Source: Patescibacteria group bacterium (GTDB taxonomy: Bacteria > Patescibacteriota > Minisyncoccia > Phycocordibacterales > PALSA-1337). From it: 64,000 bases of DNA. A program made the translations under genes and the position numbers. The DNA lies in assembly GCA_040388415.1 (NCBI GenBank), contig JAZKBV010000001.1, positions 10,369 through 74,368 on the forward strand. Reading direction: 5' to 3'. How positions within the stretch are numbered: the first letter of the stretch is position 1; every line of letters begins with the position of its first letter. Below are positions 59,815 through 64,000 of the stretch, in pieces. The notes under the pieces were generated by a model, which searched no databases, was not told where the DNA came from, and was given only the letters and a program-made list of their open reading frames with translations.

Positions 59815-60519
59815 ATGATTAGAAAAATAACCCGCACACTCAATCAAGCCGTATTGGCGCTTTTTGTGCTCACATTTATCTTCACCGCTGTTGAGCCTGC
59901 GATCAGTTTTGGTGCAGTTACAACAAGTCAGTTCACTATTTCTCAGACAGTCACGAGTGAGATTTCGTTCGCAACACCAGCTGCAAATGTCACCATGTCG
60001 CCTTCGCTCGGAGGTATCACTGGTGGTACGTCAAATGGACAAACTCAAGTTGTGGTTACGACCAACAACTCTACTGGCTATAATATGACGCTTACTGCGA
60101 GCTCATCTGTTGGCATGATTGGCAATGCAAGTTCATCGAACAGTATCCCCGCATATACGCCTACAGTTAACCTTGTTCCTGACTATAGCTTCACTACTCC
60201 ATCAAATGCAGCTCGTTTCGGTTATAGTGTTGCCGCATCATCGACTGCTGACAACGTCACATTGTTCAAGAACAACGGATCAAATGCATGTAATACAGGT
60301 GCAAGTACAAACTCAGCAACAAGTAATGTAACGATTAACTGCTGGCTTAACGCATCAACAACTGCTATAACTATCATAAATCGTTCTCTCCAGACGCCAG
60401 CGTCAGGTGCAACGTCAACAGTTTACTTTAGAGTCAATATCACCTCTAACCCAAGTCCAGTTATTCCAAATGATACATACGTAGCAACATCGACTCTCAC
60501 AGCAACAACTAATCCATAA
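59815..60519 (+). CDS. Secreted protein, paralog family member 2
   Basis: It shares conserved blocks with members 1 and 3, and is about 75% identical to member 3 by eye. It has a signal anchor and the C-terminal motif TYVATSTLTATTNP. Confidence 0.6.
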   Translation: MIRKITRTLNQAVLALFVLTFIFTAVEPAISFGAVTTSQFTISQTVTSEISFATPAANVTMSPSLGGITGGTSNGQTQVVVTTNNSTGYNMTLTASSSVGMIGNASSSNSIPAYTPTVNLVPDYSFTTPSNAARFGYSVAASSTADNVTLFKNNGSNACNTGASTNSATSNVTINCWLNASTTAITIINRSLQTPASGATSTVYFRVNITSNPSPVIPNDTYVATSTLTATTNP

Positions 60520-60521
60520 AC

Positions 60522-61592
60522 ATGAATCAGATTTCCCAGACGACTATCTATCGAAAAATAAGCATTCTTTCGATAGGAGTTAGTGTAGCTATATTTGGAC
60601 TGACTATTTTCACAAGTATTTCATCTGTCAGTGCTGCTATGTCTGCGGTAAAAACTGTTTCTGCTCCAGCTCAGCCAACATATGCCCTTGAGCCTCTTCC
60701 TGATCTTGTTAATTACCATGATTTTGTTGTTGGCCCAGGCAAGATAGAGCTTCAGATTGCTCCTGGAGAATCACAAACCGTCGATCTCACTATTGCTAAC
60801 CGTCTTGGTTCAGATAAAGTTTTTCAGGTTAGCGAAGAAGATTTCACTGGTTCAAATGATCCAGGACGTTCTGTTGTATTGCTCGGAAGTGACCGAGGTC
60901 CATATTCATTGAAAGATAGCATTCATATTTCTTCGACAAAGATTATGATTCCGTTTGGTCAGCGTGCACGTGTTCCTGTAACGATTTCTTTGCCTGCTGA
61001 CGCACAACCAGGTGGTCTTTACGGTAGTGTTGTCGTTAGTGTGGTTAGCGTGGAAGGATCAACAACGTCTTCTGGTGTCGGTGGTACTAATCCTATTATT
61101 ACGCGCATCGGTACACTCTTCTTTGTCCGTGTCCCAGGGCCTACTGAAGCAAATGGTTCTATGCAGAGCTTCACGCTTCCAAGTGGCTCGTTTGTATGGT
61201 CAAGCTCAGTCAGTCAGACAGATCCGATATTGTTTAACATTTTGTTTAAAAATGATGGAAATGTCTATCTCGACCCATCAGGTACGATATCAGTGACAAA
61301 TATGTTTGGTGCGACTGTCGGCAATATCCTTATTGATCCTTGGTTTGCCATGCCTGATTCTCTCCGATTCCGTGAAGTCAAATGGCAGCCAACATTTCTT
61401 TTTGGCCGTTATGTTGCTCATGCAAACATAAACCCTGGTTATGGTAGTACAACAGAAACGGCTGATCTCGTATTCTGGGTTATACCTTGGAAGATTATCC
61501 TGCTCATCTTTATTGGTCTTATCGTGATCATCGGCGGTATTCGATGGATCGCTAGTCGTATAAGTTTTGTTCCTAAAAAATCAAAAAAATAA
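60522..61592 (+). CDS. Doubly membrane-anchored cell-surface protein (N-terminal signal anchor, beta-rich ectodomain, C-terminal TM + KKSKK tail), hypothetical
   Basis: Its hydrophobic N- and C-termini bracket an ectodomain of about 300 aa. It is sandwiched between paralogs 2 and 3, separated by 2 nt from one and overlapping the ORF of the other. Confidence 0.5.
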   Translation: MNQISQTTIYRKISILSIGVSVAIFGLTIFTSISSVSAAMSAVKTVSAPAQPTYALEPLPDLVNYHDFVVGPGKIELQIAPGESQTVDLTIANRLGSDKVFQVSEEDFTGSNDPGRSVVLLGSDRGPYSLKDSIHISSTKIMIPFGQRARVPVTISLPADAQPGGLYGSVVVSVVSVEGSTTSSGVGGTNPIITRIGTLFFVRVPGPTEANGSMQSFTLPSGSFVWSSSVSQTDPILFNILFKNDGNVYLDPSGTISVTNMFGATVGNILIDPWFAMPDSLRFREVKWQPTFLFGRYVAHANINPGYGSTTETADLVFWVIPWKIILLIFIGLIVIIGGIRWIASRISFVPKKSKK

Positions 61593-61593
61593 T

Positions 61594-62289
61594 ATGCGCA
61601 CTGTAGTCCAAGCAATAACAGCTCTTTTCATCTTTAGTTTCCTTTTCGTGGCAATAGAGCCTGCGATTAGTCTTGGTGCGGTCACAACAAGCCAGTTCAA
61701 GGTTTCTCAGGTTGTTACAACTGAAGTTTCATTTGCGACACCGGCCTCAAACATTGTCTTGTCACCATCACTTGGAGGTATCACTGGTGGTACGTCAAAT
61801 GGTCAGACTCAGGTTGTCGTAACTACAGGTAATAGTACCGGCTACAACATGACACTCACAGCTAGTTCATCGCTCGGTATGATCGGTAATGCGAGCTCAT
61901 CGAACTATATCCCTGCATGGCCAGCGACTACCACTCTTCCAGCTTATTGGATGACTTCAGCTTCAGTTGCCGCAAATACCGCTGCTTTTGCCTATAGTGT
62001 TGCCGCTTCATCAACAGCAGATAATGTGACCCTCTTCAAAAATAATGGTTCAAATACTTGCAATACTGGTGCAAGTACAAACTCAGCGACAAGTAATGCC
62101 ACGATTAATTGCTGGCTCAATGCTTCAACGACTCCAGTTACGATTGTTAACCGTACTCTCCAAACATCAGCCTCAGGTGCGACAACAACTCTTTATTTCC
62201 GTGTTGTTGTTAACTCAAATCCAAGCCCTGTTATTCCAAACGACACATATGTAGCAACCTCAACTCTTACGGCAACAACTAATCCATAA
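61594..62289 (+). CDS. Secreted protein, paralog family member 3
   Basis: It is highly similar to 59815..60519 along its whole length. The ATG at 61594 follows the stop of the upstream gene. Confidence 0.6.
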   Translation: MRTVVQAITALFIFSFLFVAIEPAISLGAVTTSQFKVSQVVTTEVSFATPASNIVLSPSLGGITGGTSNGQTQVVVTTGNSTGYNMTLTASSSLGMIGNASSSNYIPAWPATTTLPAYWMTSASVAANTAAFAYSVAASSTADNVTLFKNNGSNTCNTGASTNSATSNATINCWLNASTTPVTIVNRTLQTSASGATTTLYFRVVVNSNPSPVIPNDTYVATSTLTATTNP

Positions 62290-62298
62290 TTATTCCAC

Positions 62299-63165
62299 AT
62301 GAAAACCCTCCGCGAATACATAACAGATGCGAGAAAAAATAATATCGCTATTGGACATTTCAATATCTGCACCCTCGATGGAGTGTGGGCAGTCGTTGAT
62401 GCGGCAAAAGGCCTCAATGTACCAGTCATCATCGGTGTATCAGAAGGAGAGCGCGATTACGTAGGAGTCAAAGCTATCGCTGCAGTCGTCAAAGGCATCC
62501 GCGAAAGCACTGGTCAGCCGGTATTCCTCAATGCGGATCATACCTATTCATTTGATAGGGTAAAAGAAGCTATCGATGCAGGCTTTGATGCGGTTATCTT
62601 TGACGGAGCACAGCTTTCATTTGAAGAAAACGTAAAGATCGCCAAGCAGTGCGTTGAGTATGCGCGTGCAAGCGGAAGAGATGTTCTTGTGGAGGGTGAG
62701 CTCGGCTTTATTGGCACCTCCTCAAAGGTTTTAAATGAGATCCCTGCAGGCGCAGTCGTCGGCGATGCAGCTATGACCAAGCCAGAAGATGCGCTCAAGT
62801 TCGTCACTGAGACAGGTGTCGATATGCTCGCTCCTGCGGTCGGTAACATCCACGGTGTCGTCCGTGGTGGCGATCCTGCGCTCAATACCAAGCGCGTGAA
62901 AGAGATCAGTGAAGCAGTCAAGATTCCTCTTGTCCTTCATGGTGCATCAGGCAACTCCGCGAGCGATATCTTCGAGTCAGTCAAAAATGGCGTGGGGATA
63001 GTGCACGTGAACACAGAGCTCCGTCTCGCCTATAGATCAGGTTTAGTGAAGGCTCTTTCCGAAAATCCTGATGAAGTAGCGCCATATAAGTTCCTTCGTC
63101 CTGCAAAACAAGCTATGCAAAAGGTGGTAGAGGAGAAGCTTCGTATTGTGAATAATATGGTATAA
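62299..63165 (+). CDS. Class II fructose-bisphosphate/ketose-bisphosphate aldolase
   Basis: The FBA_II family pattern is present: NADHT, a GxxEGE region and VLHGASG. Confidence 0.85.
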   Translation: MKTLREYITDARKNNIAIGHFNICTLDGVWAVVDAAKGLNVPVIIGVSEGERDYVGVKAIAAVVKGIRESTGQPVFLNADHTYSFDRVKEAIDAGFDAVIFDGAQLSFEENVKIAKQCVEYARASGRDVLVEGELGFIGTSSKVLNEIPAGAVVGDAAMTKPEDALKFVTETGVDMLAPAVGNIHGVVRGGDPALNTKRVKEISEAVKIPLVLHGASGNSASDIFESVKNGVGIVHVNTELRLAYRSGLVKALSENPDEVAPYKFLRPAKQAMQKVVEEKLRIVNNMV

Positions 63166-63172
63166 TAATATT

Positions 63173-63421
63173 ATGTCTGATATTCAATTTGAGGCAGATT
63201 TTGAAAACAATCCACACCGACCTGCTCACGTGGCGAATAATTCTGCAGGCATGCCACAAGTCGGCCAGCCTCAGGGGCCATCTCATATCGGAATGGTCAA
63301 CTGGCTGATCAAGCATGGCATCATCAGCGGCGAATCGAGCGCCAAAGCGGTTTTGATTGGGCTCATTTCTATCAATTTCATTGCGACTGCAGTGATTTTG
63401 TATTTTTTCGTATTTCGTTAA
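63173..63421 (+). CDS. Small membrane protein, hypothetical
   Basis: It is 82 aa with a C-terminal TM helix. Confidence 0.35.
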   Translation: MSDIQFEADFENNPHRPAHVANNSAGMPQVGQPQGPSHIGMVNWLIKHGIISGESSAKAVLIGLISINFIATAVILYFFVFR

Positions 63422-63577
63422 TAGATAATCATTTTAAATAAACATATGAAGATGAAAACAAAAAAAGTCACCGCTCAGTTACCCTTGCCGACACGCATTA
63501 TTTTGCTTGCGAGTGCGGCCTGTAATTTTTTCGTAACTGTCCTTGTCGTCAAATATTACCTTCTATAAGCACTATCT

Positions 63578-64000
63578 ATGATTATCAATAAGTACCGCAA
63601 GGGCTTTACGTTGATCGAACTTCTAGTGGTCATTTCCATCATCGGCCTTTTGTCGAGTGTCGTGTTGGCTAGTCTGCAGAGTGCGAGGGAAAAGGGTCGT
63701 ATCGCCAGTATTGTTACGTTTGATACCTACAACTACCATAAATTAGGATCTAATTTAATTGCAAGTTTTGATTTTAATGACTCAACAAATTATGGGAAAG
63801 ACACCTCCAATAATGGTTATAATATGGGGTCGTGGGGCACTATTACAACTGGGACTGGTGCAAATGGTAGTGGTTCGTCTGTAAATACTAGCGTTGGATA
63901 TTTTTATGTTGTTTATGCTGGAGGTGTTCCATTTATTACAACAACACAAAAAGGCGGAACAATCAGTGTTTGGGAAAAGCAACTATCGACATCATTTCCA
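63578..64000 (+). CDS. Prepilin-type N-terminal cleavage/methylation domain protein (type IV pilin-like), 3' end outside window
   Basis: Its N-terminal 30 aa are identical at the protein level to the 57881..58642 pilin, but the DNA has diverged at synonymous sites. A LamG-like block begins after it (ISVWEK). Confidence 0.75.
   Translation, partial: MIINKYRKGFTLIELLVVISIIGLLSSVVLASLQSAREKGRIASIVTFDTYNYHKLGSNLIASFDFNDSTNYGKDTSNNGYNMGSWGTITTGTGANGSGSSVNTSVGYFYVVYAGGVPFITTTQKGGTISVWEKQLSTSFP

Noticed and set aside
59815-62289. Calling the 240 aa paralogs TasA/camelysin-like (SipW-cognate) or WxL-domain proteins
   Set aside because: Only loose resemblances exist: an FKNNGS vs FENNGS block, and a small/anchored/small gene order. 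I could not find the SipW-cognate signal consensus, a SipW signal peptidase gene, or WxL motifs. The idea is kept in findings as an analogy only.

Overview
This 64 kb window reads as a small-genome, gene-dense bacterial chromosome segment. I infer a likely Patescibacteria/CPR-type monoderm from four observations: a ThrRS lacking the N-terminal TGS domain, NDH-2, type IV prepilin-like proteins, and a 15 kb giant surface-protein gene.

Housekeeping genes:
- thrS, gatB, tgt, msrA, msrB, class II aldolase, a cyclophilin PPIase, a DHH/NrnA phosphoesterase, a LOG-family protein and an RRM RNA-binding protein.
- tRNA-Phe (GAA) on + and tRNA-Arg (CCU) on -.

Transport and envelope modules:
- Two paralogous MacAB/YknXYZ-like tripartite efflux operons, each with a HlyD adaptor, an ABC ATPase and an FtsX-type permease. 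One operon is interrupted by an AT-rich unknown ORF.
- A Zur-like regulator with a ZIP transporter and a palindromic candidate operator.
- An atypical P1B-like P-type ATPase with CAD in place of the CPx motif.
- An ABC-2 exporter.
- An ECF sigma factor divergent from a DipZ-like gene (CcdA fused to thioredoxin), followed by msrA and msrB.

The most unusual region is 37.7-62.3 kb. Its centre is a single 15,036 nt ORF encoding a 5011 aa secreted protein. The protein has a signal peptide, FN3 domains, an internal transmembrane hairpin with a second signal-peptide-like segment, a right-handed beta-helix-like block, YadA-head/tail-fibre-like repeats and many near-identical intragenic repeats. Around it sit:
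- a membrane-tethered HTH_17 protein;
- three paralogs of a 240-290 aa secreted protein family, two of them flanking a doubly membrane-anchored 356 aa protein;
- a LamG-jellyroll protein and two prepilins carrying LamG-like C-terminal domains.

I interpret this, by inference only, as a candidate cell-surface fibre or host-attachment system.

Possible mobile-DNA footprints are partial copies of the tRNA-Phe 5' and 3' ends flanking the intact gene, and a perfect 180 bp direct repeat that duplicates part of a small MerR/Xis-like HTH gene inside a 1.26 kb AT-rich noncoding gap. No CRISPR array, rRNA or reverse transcriptase was seen.
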